NCBI GenBank assembly: GCA_050014195.1
Contig: JBEKDT010000019.1
Coordinates: 1-64,000 of the forward strand
Direction: 5' to 3'
Length of the DNA: 64,000 nt
Origin: Desulfomonilia bacterium
GTDB lineage: Bacteria; Desulfobacterota; Desulfomonilia; UBA1062
The position numbers were made by a program, and so were the translations under genes. Below are positions 1 through 8,796 of the stretch, piece after piece (position 1 is the stretch's first letter; every line of letters starts with the position of its first letter). The notes beneath the pieces are model-generated. The model had not been told where the DNA came from. It made no database searches and saw only the letters and a list, made by a program, of their open reading frames with translations.

Positions 1-164
1 ATTGATTTGGAATATCAGTGTGTTGCATGATAACCATAGCAGATATTCTCTAAATCTCCAATGAGAAAATGCTCTTTTACTCAATTATTTCAACTAACTA
101 TACTTTCCGGATGGGCACTAGTTAGCTATCACAATCACTGCCCGTAGAGCTCAAGGACAAGCAC

Positions 165-1514
165 GTGCTAAACAGAGATATCAACTCGCGCTTTGAAGAC
201 TGGCTACTCAGTCCAACTGAGACACTTGATTTCGAAGTTAAGCAGTGGCTCGATATGAGCGAACCAGAGTCGCAAGGGACTATCGCAAAAGCCCTCATCG
301 CACTTGAGAACCACGGTGGTGGCTTCTTGCTGTTTGGGTATCGTGAAGACCAGGACAAAAAACTGGTCCCTGATCCAGCACGACCATCGTCACTGAAACC
401 GTACCTCACTGACGCAATTAACTCTATCCTTAAGCGGCGAGCTGAACCGGCCTTTCACGTTGAGGTCACTTTGCAAAAGCACCCGGTCACTGGCGACGAG
501 TACCCGCTAGTTCGCGTTACAGGGCAATCAAAGGTGCCAGTACGTTCGGACAGCGCGACTCCAGGCGGAAGCCTTAAACAGTATGTCTATTATATTCGGG
601 CGCCGGGACCAGAGAGTCGGGGGCCACTAAACGCCGCCGAATGGGATGCCTTATTGCGGCATGCGCTCCTAAACCAACGTGAAGAGATCATTGGACTCGT
701 TCGCAGTCTCCTTCCAGCCGCAGCTGATCTGGTTCAACCGTCGCCCCCGAACGAACAACAGCAACTTCTGGACTTCGCTGAAGCCGCAAAGGTCCGTTGG
801 CAATCGCTAAACGAGTCGCTTGAGACAGAACACCCTGCTCATATCAAGCTCGGGCACTTCGCCTTCGCGGCTCGGATTCTTGGCGTATCAAAGAATGTTG
901 ATGCACGATCCATCATCGATGCAAACCAAGCTGCGCGGTCCTACACAGGCTGGCCAGTCTTCGTAACATTACATCAAGAGGCAACAAGGCCGAAGCTTGT
1001 CGCCGGGTGTATCGAGGCATGGCTTGGGCACGCCAACTACCCCGACGTCGGTCACGCCGACTTCTGGCGAATCGATCCCAAGGGAAACTTCTATCTCCTG
1101 CGTGGCTATCAGGAGGACTCACTGGATCCCATCAGGAGGGTCGGTGAAGCAGGAACGCTCTTCGAAGCCACACTACCTGTATGGCGCCTTGGCGAATTTC
1201 TCCTGCGAGTAGTCGATCTCGGTTCGGTGATGTTTGATGAAGGTTTTGAACTTCTGGTCGAGTGCGAGTGGAACGGGATAGCAAATCGAAAACTCTTCGT
1301 TCACAACATGCGCCGCCTCATCCCCGGAGGCTACATCTCAACGGAGAGCGTGGTTCGCACACAGGGTCGCTTTGCTCAACAGGTCATTCGCGAGTTGCTG
1401 CCTGATGCGGTCAAGGCTTTAACGCACCCCCTGTATGAACATTTTGATTTCTTTGTCCCCCCAGACTCGTTCTATGCGGAGGAATTGGCCGAGATGACGA
1501 AGAATCGTTTCTAA
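165..1514 (+). CDS. Schlafen/AlbA_2 domain protein with uncharacterised C-terminal domain
   Basis: N-terminal ETLDFEVK...IAKALIALENHGGGFLLFG motif typical of AlbA_2/Schlafen; 449 aa; GTG start. Confidence 0.8.
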   Translation: MLNRDINSRFEDWLLSPTETLDFEVKQWLDMSEPESQGTIAKALIALENHGGGFLLFGYREDQDKKLVPDPARPSSLKPYLTDAINSILKRRAEPAFHVEVTLQKHPVTGDEYPLVRVTGQSKVPVRSDSATPGGSLKQYVYYIRAPGPESRGPLNAAEWDALLRHALLNQREEIIGLVRSLLPAAADLVQPSPPNEQQQLLDFAEAAKVRWQSLNESLETEHPAHIKLGHFAFAARILGVSKNVDARSIIDANQAARSYTGWPVFVTLHQEATRPKLVAGCIEAWLGHANYPDVGHADFWRIDPKGNFYLLRGYQEDSLDPIRRVGEAGTLFEATLPVWRLGEFLLRVVDLGSVMFDEGFELLVECEWNGIANRKLFVHNMRRLIPGGYISTESVVRTQGRFAQQVIRELLPDAVKALTHPLYEHFDFFVPPDSFYAEELAEMTKNRF

Positions 1515-1607
1515 CTATGAGAGTCAAGTCTCTAGGCAACGAGCCGGCACACATAATGGCTAACCATTAAGGATTCAGACGACTTGGAAGGTCGTATTCA
1601 ATCCATT

Positions 1608-1672
1608 ATTCAACCCTTCCATTGTGCTGACCTCCTCCGGCCTCTGTCGGCCGCTCATGTAAAACGTTATCT
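1608..1672 (+). other. degenerate integron attC-like site
   Basis: ATTCAAC (RYYYAAC) CCTTCCATTGTGCTGAC...CGGCCGCTCATGTAAAAC GTT; spacing and L''/L' boxes resemble attC sites ending GCTCATGTCAAACGTT. Confidence 0.5.
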
Positions 1673-1840
1673 TATATGATAATTACTGCGATAAATAAAC
1701 ACTTTCAAGGCGGGGTGAAGAGTAAAGGTTCCTTAAAATAATCTTTGCACGATATCTTCACTTTTTCCAAAGGCCCAAAATGATAAAGTACGTGACAGTC
1801 TTGTCATGAAATCTCTACGTTCCCCCTGTTCATGAACATA

Positions 1841-1872
1841 AAAGAAGCCCTGCCCGGGTAACAGGCAGGGCC
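1841..1872 (-). terminator. probable intrinsic terminator of the acylase gene
   Basis: GCCCTGCC/GGCAGGGC stem with a T-rich tail on the minus strand, just after the stop codon. Confidence 0.6.
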
Positions 1873-1898
1873 GGTGTAATTTAGTATGGAAGAGGCTT

Positions 1899-4586
1899 TC
1901 AGTTGAACAGAGGGAATGGCCTCGGTTCAAACGGATCGTATATCGGTATCATGCTGAAGAAGTTTGGATCGATTACCGGTATAGAGCCGTTAAAGAGTAT
2001 GTTACCCGATTCACCGAGCGGGAACATACTCTCGATCCGAATGGGACCGCCCGGCCCGAGCTTAACGCAGTGTGCGTACGTTGATCGTTCAGCATATGGT
2101 ATACTATCGACGACCATACCACCTAAGAAGCTATCTGTAAGCACGATCTCCCCACGCTGCCCTGTGCCCCACGGCCGTTTATTGAGGTCAAGACTTGTAA
2201 GCACGTTATCGAGCGCTTGCACGATAGTGTTGTCCCGGGTCTGAGCCGGTAACCAATCATAGGTGTTGAAGTTGCCGTCCAGATTGTGGAGAAGTACATT
2301 GAACAGGCGATATATGACTACCGGATTGTTGGCATCAAAATAGAACGGGAGCGTATTGGCGAATGTGAGCCTGATGACCTCGCGAATCCAGGCATCCTGC
2401 AGTATCCAGGCATCGGCACGGTCTACGCCTTGACGCCATTCCGAGGGGCCTCCATCGACAAAATGGCCGTCCCACGCCGAAAGCAGGTCGAGTGCCGCCT
2501 TTCTTACAGGGGTGAGGCCCACATTGTTCACAGCATCAGTGAAATCCTTCTCCACAAAATCCCACGGGATGCCGCCGCTTCCGAAAGAATCGGTGGTTGC
2601 AATATAAAGGGCCAGGTCCCGCACCTCTTCGTAGGTGAGGTTGTTATTGGTGGAAAGATAGTCATTAATCACGTGAGCCCTGACAAACGGCCCGAAGAAG
2701 TAGCTAGGACTATTGATAGAGTCATTGTAGCCCGGGTTGCTCTTGTTGTTCCATCCGCAGTAATAACCCTGGGCGTTATTGCGATTCGTTGACCTGGGGA
2801 TGAGAACCGAGGCATCCCATTCAAGAGGAGGACCTAATAAACCCTGGGGCAGTCGCCATTCACCTACAGGTCTTACCGGGTCACGGCCTGACATCCAGTA
2901 GGCGATATTCCCACCCTTGTCTGCATAACAGAAGTGCTGGCTTACTGCGACATCCTCGATGGCCTTGCCGAAGTCATCCATGCTCTGTGCGCGTGCAAGA
3001 TTCATGAATGCCTTGACCGTCTTGAACTCATATCCCCAGTGTGAGTACTTCCAGGAAAGGAGAGGGCTTTGGTTGACTATGGGCCCATGCTTGCTACGGT
3101 AAACGGGAAGCGTATAATCAGGCTTACCGGCGACATGTATGGTCTCTACGCGGTTGAGGGTGACATTCGAAGCAGATTCGACGTAAAAATCAACCGTATG
3201 TGCATGCCCCACCTGCATGGACCATGCATGATGCGGTGTCCGGCCGATGATGATGCCAGGGATACCAGGGACTGACATGCCCGAGATATCAAGGCCGCCA
3301 CCTCTTATGGAGCCTTCGAGCACGATTGCAGGAACCGAGAACCCCATCTGGGGTCCGGAGTAAATAATCGGTTTGCCGTCTCTCGTCTTTTTGCCTGAGA
3401 TAGACCATGCATAACTCCCCATCTTTACGAATGCGTTGATCTTCTTAAGATTGTTTGTGACGGTATCTTTCTGGGTGGACAGGTCTTCATATGCCCCTTT
3501 GAAATCAGCCGGAGCCCCCTGGATCGCAGGTGCTTGAGCGGAGGCGCTGGGAGCAGCAAGGGCTGGGGTCGCCATCATCGCCTTCTGTTTGACCGCAGGG
3601 ATATAGGTAAGTGCATTCGGGTCGTTCAACCATCTGAGGTCGTTAAACATGCCATATCCCACCCCGAAACCATATTGGGTTGTCAGCGCCTGGAACAGTG
3701 CCGCGTTCTGGATCTGGCCCACCTCCAACGCCTCGCAGTCGAAATCTCTCAGCAAGACTGTCATCCATGCAAGGATATCTTCCTCGGTCCAGTAAGCGGG
3801 TGTGAATCCGAGGGCCAGAAACTCAAACGGCAGTAGCGTGGGGTTCGCCTTGATATCGTCGATACGCTTGTTGATACCTTCCACATACGATTCAATGGCT
3901 ATCTGTTCATCCCTGTCTAGGGCGTCAAACCCATCAGACAGTTCCTGATCGGAATAGCTGATAGTCCGCACAGAGATATCGTTCGGCAAATAAGATGAGC
4001 CGAATATCTCGGCAAGCGTGCCTCTCGCGGTGCGGCGGTATGTCTCCATTTGCCAAAGCCTGTCGGTGGCCACCGCATACCCCATTGACTCCATGACATC
4101 ACCAAGTGAGCCCCCGGTGATAAACCATACGCCCACGTTGTCACGGACAGTCTTAACCGGGTAGTATTTGACATTGAACTCGGTGACATTTATGTCTTTC
4201 TTGTACCCGTTACCTTGAATACTCGTGGTGAGGAAATTGATCATTGACACCACCGAATTCTTGCCAATGATGTAACAATTCAACCCATCATCCGGGGTCA
4301 CATAAGCATGTACGCCGCCCGGGATGGGTTGGAATTCACCAGTGATATCATGCCCGTTGAGCGAGGCCTTAAAGGTGTTAGCTATGGCGCCATTCTTGAA
4401 GGATACCACGATCTCCACTGGATGGTAGTCAAGGGTCTGTAACTGTTTTGGTGAAACGACACTCATGAGGTCGGCCAAGATCCATGTCACATAGGACACC
4501 GCAGGAAGAGACGTGAGTATCCCGCAAACTACCAGCACTGAACATACTATACGTGTTTTTCTCCTCATAATACCCCCTTTCCTCAT
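1899..4586 (-). CDS. penicillin acylase family (Ntn-hydrolase) protein, secreted
   Basis: GYAVATDRLWQME..RR.ARG.LAEIFG alpha-subunit motif; beta subunit starting G|SYAWSISG; PGIPGIIIGR and WNNK motifs; N-terminal hydrophobic segment. Confidence 0.9.
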   Translation of the reverse strand: MRKGGIMRRKTRIVCSVLVVCGILTSLPAVSYVTWILADLMSVVSPKQLQTLDYHPVEIVVSFKNGAIANTFKASLNGHDITGEFQPIPGGVHAYVTPDDGLNCYIIGKNSVVSMINFLTTSIQGNGYKKDINVTEFNVKYYPVKTVRDNVGVWFITGGSLGDVMESMGYAVATDRLWQMETYRRTARGTLAEIFGSSYLPNDISVRTISYSDQELSDGFDALDRDEQIAIESYVEGINKRIDDIKANPTLLPFEFLALGFTPAYWTEEDILAWMTVLLRDFDCEALEVGQIQNAALFQALTTQYGFGVGYGMFNDLRWLNDPNALTYIPAVKQKAMMATPALAAPSASAQAPAIQGAPADFKGAYEDLSTQKDTVTNNLKKINAFVKMGSYAWSISGKKTRDGKPIIYSGPQMGFSVPAIVLEGSIRGGGLDISGMSVPGIPGIIIGRTPHHAWSMQVGHAHTVDFYVESASNVTLNRVETIHVAGKPDYTLPVYRSKHGPIVNQSPLLSWKYSHWGYEFKTVKAFMNLARAQSMDDFGKAIEDVAVSQHFCYADKGGNIAYWMSGRDPVRPVGEWRLPQGLLGPPLEWDASVLIPRSTNRNNAQGYYCGWNNKSNPGYNDSINSPSYFFGPFVRAHVINDYLSTNNNLTYEEVRDLALYIATTDSFGSGGIPWDFVEKDFTDAVNNVGLTPVRKAALDLLSAWDGHFVDGGPSEWRQGVDRADAWILQDAWIREVIRLTFANTLPFYFDANNPVVIYRLFNVLLHNLDGNFNTYDWLPAQTRDNTIVQALDNVLTSLDLNKRPWGTGQRGEIVLTDSFLGGMVVDSIPYAERSTYAHCVKLGPGGPIRIESMFPLGESGNILFNGSIPVIDPNFFSMIPIYDPFEPRPFPLFN

Positions 4587-5154
4587 AATAATATTGTGGC
4601 AAGTCGATCAGGAACACTCTGTCTCAACTGCGGAAAGGCTGCTCAAGCAGGACAATAAACAGTAATGAGAAATGCCCCGCTGCCATCCGGTATTCCCATT
4701 ATCCTGAGCAACACAAAATGGTGGCAGGGTAGATAAGGCAGGATCCATGCTCGACTGCTTGTTGAACCGAATGAGAAGCCCAATGCAGCACATTTCAACA
4801 CACGCAACAGATATCCTCCCTTTCCGGAAATAACGTGTGCCTTCCAATTACATCTTTATGATATGCACAGATGATTTTCTTCGTGATGTAATCTAAGCAG
4901 ACAACAGATCGGCTTACCAGATTACTTTATAGCAAGAATCATGCAAATAAAGCATGCTATATATCTCAGCATGTTATAATTTCCGCAGCGAGGCAAGCTC
5001 ATAAAGATAGAAATCATTTTCCCTAAATGGGGAAACAGATTACCCTTCCGGGCAATAAGAATAACTTGGTTGATTGACAATAATATAAGGTTTTATATCA
5101 TGGCCACAAGGTAAAAGCGGTCGATATGCTGGATGGTGTATTGAATGAAAAACC

Positions 5155-5173
5155 AACTGCACAAAAACTGCAC
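5155..5173. repeat. AACTGCAC direct repeat pair (putative integrase arm-type sites of attL)
   Basis: AACTGCAC at 5155-5162 and 5166-5173, 11-bp period, 30 bp from the tRNA-Ala 3' end. Confidence 0.55.
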
Positions 5174-5203
5174 GATTGATAAGTTGGGAGAGGGATTGAA
5201 TCA

Positions 5204-5279
<76 letters not shown>

Positions 5280-5587
5280 ACACGAGCTTCACTTGGGTAG
5301 CACACAATATTTTGGGAGTCAAGGTAGATGGATAGCCCGCCCCAGGTGGCTCTATGACAAGGAAAACCATCATGCACCAAATGCTGAGCGGGTCGGGTTT
5401 TATGCCTCTACCCAACCTGCAATCAGCCGCTCATGTGCCTATGCCCGGTTTTGTTCGTCATCATGATCTCCTCCATTCATGGCAGGATTGCTTTGGTGAT
5501 GAATACGGTATAGATAATGAAGAGTTCAGATAACCACAATACGCATGGAGAGAACGAGTTGCCCGCTACGAGGGTGTGAGGGCGGAG

Positions 5588-6136
5588 ATGAAAGAGATCC
5601 AGATCGGCAAGTCCAGGCTTCAGTTCATGGTGGGGGATATTACATCACAGGACACCGAGGCCGTGGTGAATGCAGCCAACTCCCAGCTTGCGCCCGGCGG
5701 CGGTGTGGCAGGGGCCATACATCGCGCAGCAGGGCCGGGTTTGTGGGAGGAGTGTAAAAAACTGGGCGGATGTGAAACCGGTGAGGCCAAGATTTCTCTC
5801 GGGCACAACCTGCCCAACAAGTACGTTATCCACACCGTGGGCCCTGTCTATCACGGCACGAAGAACGATGCATTGCTCTTGAGGGCCTGCTATGTCAACT
5901 CGCTTAAAGTTGCAGACAAGAATAAGATCAAGTCGATCTCCTTCCCGGCCCTGAGCACCGGGATCTTCGGTTATCCTGTGGACAAGGCGGCCTATGTGGC
6001 CATAAAAGCCATAAAGGGGTATCTTGAAGGAACCACGGATATTGAGCTCGTGCGCATGGTCCTCTATGACGAGGGGTCATACAAGGAGCACCTGCGGGCC
6101 CTTGATGCCGTCAATGCGGGCGTGGATCTGAGCTGA
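5588..6136 (+). CDS. macro domain protein (O-acetyl-ADP-ribose deacetylase/YmdB-like)
   Basis: GDIT, VNAAN, GGGVAGAIH, VIHTVGP and FPALSTGIFG motifs. Confidence 0.92.
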   Translation: MKEIQIGKSRLQFMVGDITSQDTEAVVNAANSQLAPGGGVAGAIHRAAGPGLWEECKKLGGCETGEAKISLGHNLPNKYVIHTVGPVYHGTKNDALLLRACYVNSLKVADKNKIKSISFPALSTGIFGYPVDKAAYVAIKAIKGYLEGTTDIELVRMVLYDEGSYKEHLRALDAVNAGVDLS

Positions 6137-6137
6137 C

Positions 6138-6854
6138 ATGAGTGTTGTAGCCGTTATCCCGGCCCGTTATGCATCGTCGCGTTTTCCCGGCAAACCGCTT
6201 GTCGATATCGCAGGGAAGCCTATGATCATGAGGATCTATGAGCAGGTAGCTGCCTGCGGGGAGATCGACAAAGTGCTCATTGCCACCGACGATGCGAGAA
6301 TACGGGATGCCGTGGAGGCATTCGGCGGGCAGCCGGTCATGACAAGCCCCGAGTGCCCTTCGGGCACCGACCGGGTTGCCCAGGCAATCTCGGGCCTGGA
6401 TGCCGACTATGTTGTCAATGTCCAGGGCGACCAGGTGATCCTCGACATCGATGCCCTTGCAGGGCTCGTCCGAGAGCTTAAAGCCGGAGCCGCCATGGCC
6501 ACCATCGCAACAAGGGCCTTACCGGAGGATAAAGATGACCCGAACTGTGTAAAGGTGGTGTGTGACCTTAAGGGTAATGCGTTGTATTTTTCCCGGTCTC
6601 CCATCCCTTATTTCCGCAACACAGGGCATGTGGAGATGCTCAAGCACATAGGTATCTACGGGTTTTCCCGGAATACCCTCCTCAGGTTTACAAGCCTTCC
6701 GCCATCTTATCTTGAACAGGCCGAATCGCTGGAGCAGCTGAGGGCTCTGGAAAACGGCATATCCATCAGGGTAATCATCGCTCGAGGCGAATTCTTCGAG
6801 ATCAACACCCCGCAAGACCGTGAAAGGCTCCTCACCCAATGGCGTCCCTCATGA
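6138..6854 (+). CDS. kdsB: 3-deoxy-manno-octulosonate cytidylyltransferase
   Basis: IPARYASSRFPGKPL, SGTDR, VNVQGD, ALYFSR and LEQLRALENG motifs. Confidence 0.95.
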   Translation: MSVVAVIPARYASSRFPGKPLVDIAGKPMIMRIYEQVAACGEIDKVLIATDDARIRDAVEAFGGQPVMTSPECPSGTDRVAQAISGLDADYVVNVQGDQVILDIDALAGLVRELKAGAAMATIATRALPEDKDDPNCVKVVCDLKGNALYFSRSPIPYFRNTGHVEMLKHIGIYGFSRNTLLRFTSLPPSYLEQAESLEQLRALENGISIRVIIARGEFFEINTPQDRERLLTQWRPS

Positions 6855-8077
6855 TCCTGATATATCGTCTGCTCGGATCGATTGCGGTGTGGCCCCTGGC
6901 TTTTTTCCTCCGGAGGCACCCGAACTTCAAGGGGACACTCCTGCAGCGGCTTGGCCTGAGGCTGCCGGAAGTCCCTGCAGGGAAAAAGACCTTGTGGATT
7001 CACGCGGCTTCCGTGGGCGAGGTGAAGGCGGTTTCCGGCCTGGTCGGGGCGCTCAAGGCCTCCAGGCCGGACCTGTTCATCTGCATGTCATGCATGACCG
7101 CAACGGGAAGAAAGATGGCTGAAGCGACAGAAGGAATGAATATGGTTTTTGCCGTTCCCTTCGATGTCCCCTGGGCCATGAGAAGGCACCTGCTGAAGAT
7201 CATGCCGGAGGCCGTCCTTATTGTGGAGACCGAGATCTGGCCCAACCTAATCCTCTCCGCACAGAAGTGTGCCGTGAGAGTGATCTTCGTGAATGCCCGG
7301 ATGTCGGTACGTGCCTATAAACGCTACAGGCGGTTCGCAGGGGTGTTCGGGCATATCCTTGCCGATGTGAAGGTGTTTGCCATGGCTGAGGATGATGCTG
7401 CGCGGTTCAGGAGTATTGGTGCCTCTGAGGTGCAGGTGCTCGGCAACCTCAAGCTGGCCCAAGTTGCTCTCGGAGACAAGACCCGTCGTGATGCCTTGCG
7501 CCGTGAGCTCGGCATCACGGACAGGCCGGTTTTCATTGCGGGCAGTGTGAGGGAAGGTGAGGAAAAGGAGGTCGTGGACGCCATCATACGGATAGCCTCC
7601 CGGGTCCGCGGTCTCTATGCAATCATTGCGCCGCGACACCCGGACAGGATTCAGTACATCAAGGACATGGCCCAAGGCTTGAATATCAAATGGGGGCTGC
7701 GGAGCGCAGGTGGGACCGATGTGGACCTCCTCATCGTGGACACTTTTGGCGAGCTCTTCATCCTTTACGGCCTGAGCGACGCAGCCTTCGTGGGGGGGTC
7801 ACTCGTGGACCTCGGCGGCCAGAACATCCTTGAACCCATCGCTTGGGGCGTGCCCACTATACATGGCCCTCACATGGATAATTTCACCTGGGCACTCGAT
7901 ATAGTTCAGGACTTTACCGTCGTGGTCAGGAACGCCCAGGAACTTGCAAATGCCGCGGTCGCCATCTTCGAGAAGAAACAGGGCATGGAGGAGATAGGCC
8001 TTCGAGCACGGGAAGCTTTTGAAAAGTTCCGCGGTGTTACGGACCGCTATCTCGATGCACTCGACCCCCTGCTTTGA
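6839..8077 (+). CDS. waaA: 3-deoxy-D-manno-octulosonic acid transferase
   Basis: WIHAASVGE, ETEIWPN, APRHP and FVGGSL..GGQNILEP motifs; follows kdsB. Confidence 0.93.
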   Translation: MASLMILIYRLLGSIAVWPLAFFLRRHPNFKGTLLQRLGLRLPEVPAGKKTLWIHAASVGEVKAVSGLVGALKASRPDLFICMSCMTATGRKMAEATEGMNMVFAVPFDVPWAMRRHLLKIMPEAVLIVETEIWPNLILSAQKCAVRVIFVNARMSVRAYKRYRRFAGVFGHILADVKVFAMAEDDAARFRSIGASEVQVLGNLKLAQVALGDKTRRDALRRELGITDRPVFIAGSVREGEEKEVVDAIIRIASRVRGLYAIIAPRHPDRIQYIKDMAQGLNIKWGLRSAGGTDVDLLIVDTFGELFILYGLSDAAFVGGSLVDLGGQNILEPIAWGVPTIHGPHMDNFTWALDIVQDFTVVVRNAQELANAAVAIFEKKQGMEEIGLRAREAFEKFRGVTDRYLDALDPLL

Positions 8078-8158
8078 ATGCAGCCGGGCATGAGGACATT
8101 TCCCCTTAACATAAAAACCCGCGACCTATCTCGTTGCTGATCACCGGTCACTATCGGC

Positions 8159-8722
8159 TTATTTGATCCAGGGGTTCCCTACCGGGAGCACGTCTCTGCC
8201 GAATACGTCGGCAAAGATCGCATGTGCCATGACATACCATGCATTGAGCGCACAGAGCATGAGCTCGTATCCTGCAACCGTCTTGAGGCCCGGATAGCCG
8301 AAAGATGCAAGATCCAGCAGTATGAACCCGACAAACAGCAGGGTGAATGTCATCGCCAGGGCGCTATTGACCCGCATGGAGCCGATCCACATGATACCTG
8401 TGTAGATCGTCCATCCCACAAGATACCATCCGAGGTCCGTCGGGGATAGAGGATACACCTTAAATTGATTACAGAGGAAGATCAGCGCAATCCCGATCCA
8501 GAAGGCGCCGTATGCAGTGAATGCGCTGTATCCGAAGTTGTTGCCGGTCTTGATCTCCTGCAGACCTGCAATCATCTGTGCAAGCCCTCCGAATATGAGG
8601 CCCATCACAAGAACCGGCCCGGCGCCGCACCAACCGACATTGTGGAACTGAAGAATCAACGTGGTCATACCGAACCCGGCGAGACCGACAACAGCAGGAT
8701 TACCCATTTTCTGTTCAGACAT
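8159..8722 (-). CDS. satP: acetate uptake transporter (SatP/GPR1-FUN34-YaaH family)
   Basis: NPAVVGLAGFG, FGGLAQ and YGAFW motifs; six hydrophobic helices; RBS before MSEQKM. Confidence 0.88.
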   Translation of the reverse strand: MSEQKMGNPAVVGLAGFGMTTLILQFHNVGWCGAGPVLVMGLIFGGLAQMIAGLQEIKTGNNFGYSAFTAYGAFWIGIALIFLCNQFKVYPLSPTDLGWYLVGWTIYTGIMWIGSMRVNSALAMTFTLLFVGFILLDLASFGYPGLKTVAGYELMLCALNAWYVMAHAIFADVFGRDVLPVGNPWIK

Positions 8723-8796
8723 GATATCTCCTCTTTTCATTAAAATAAAAAAAGAACGGGGCCGGTACGATCCGCCCCCGTTCATTCCGCTTAAGC

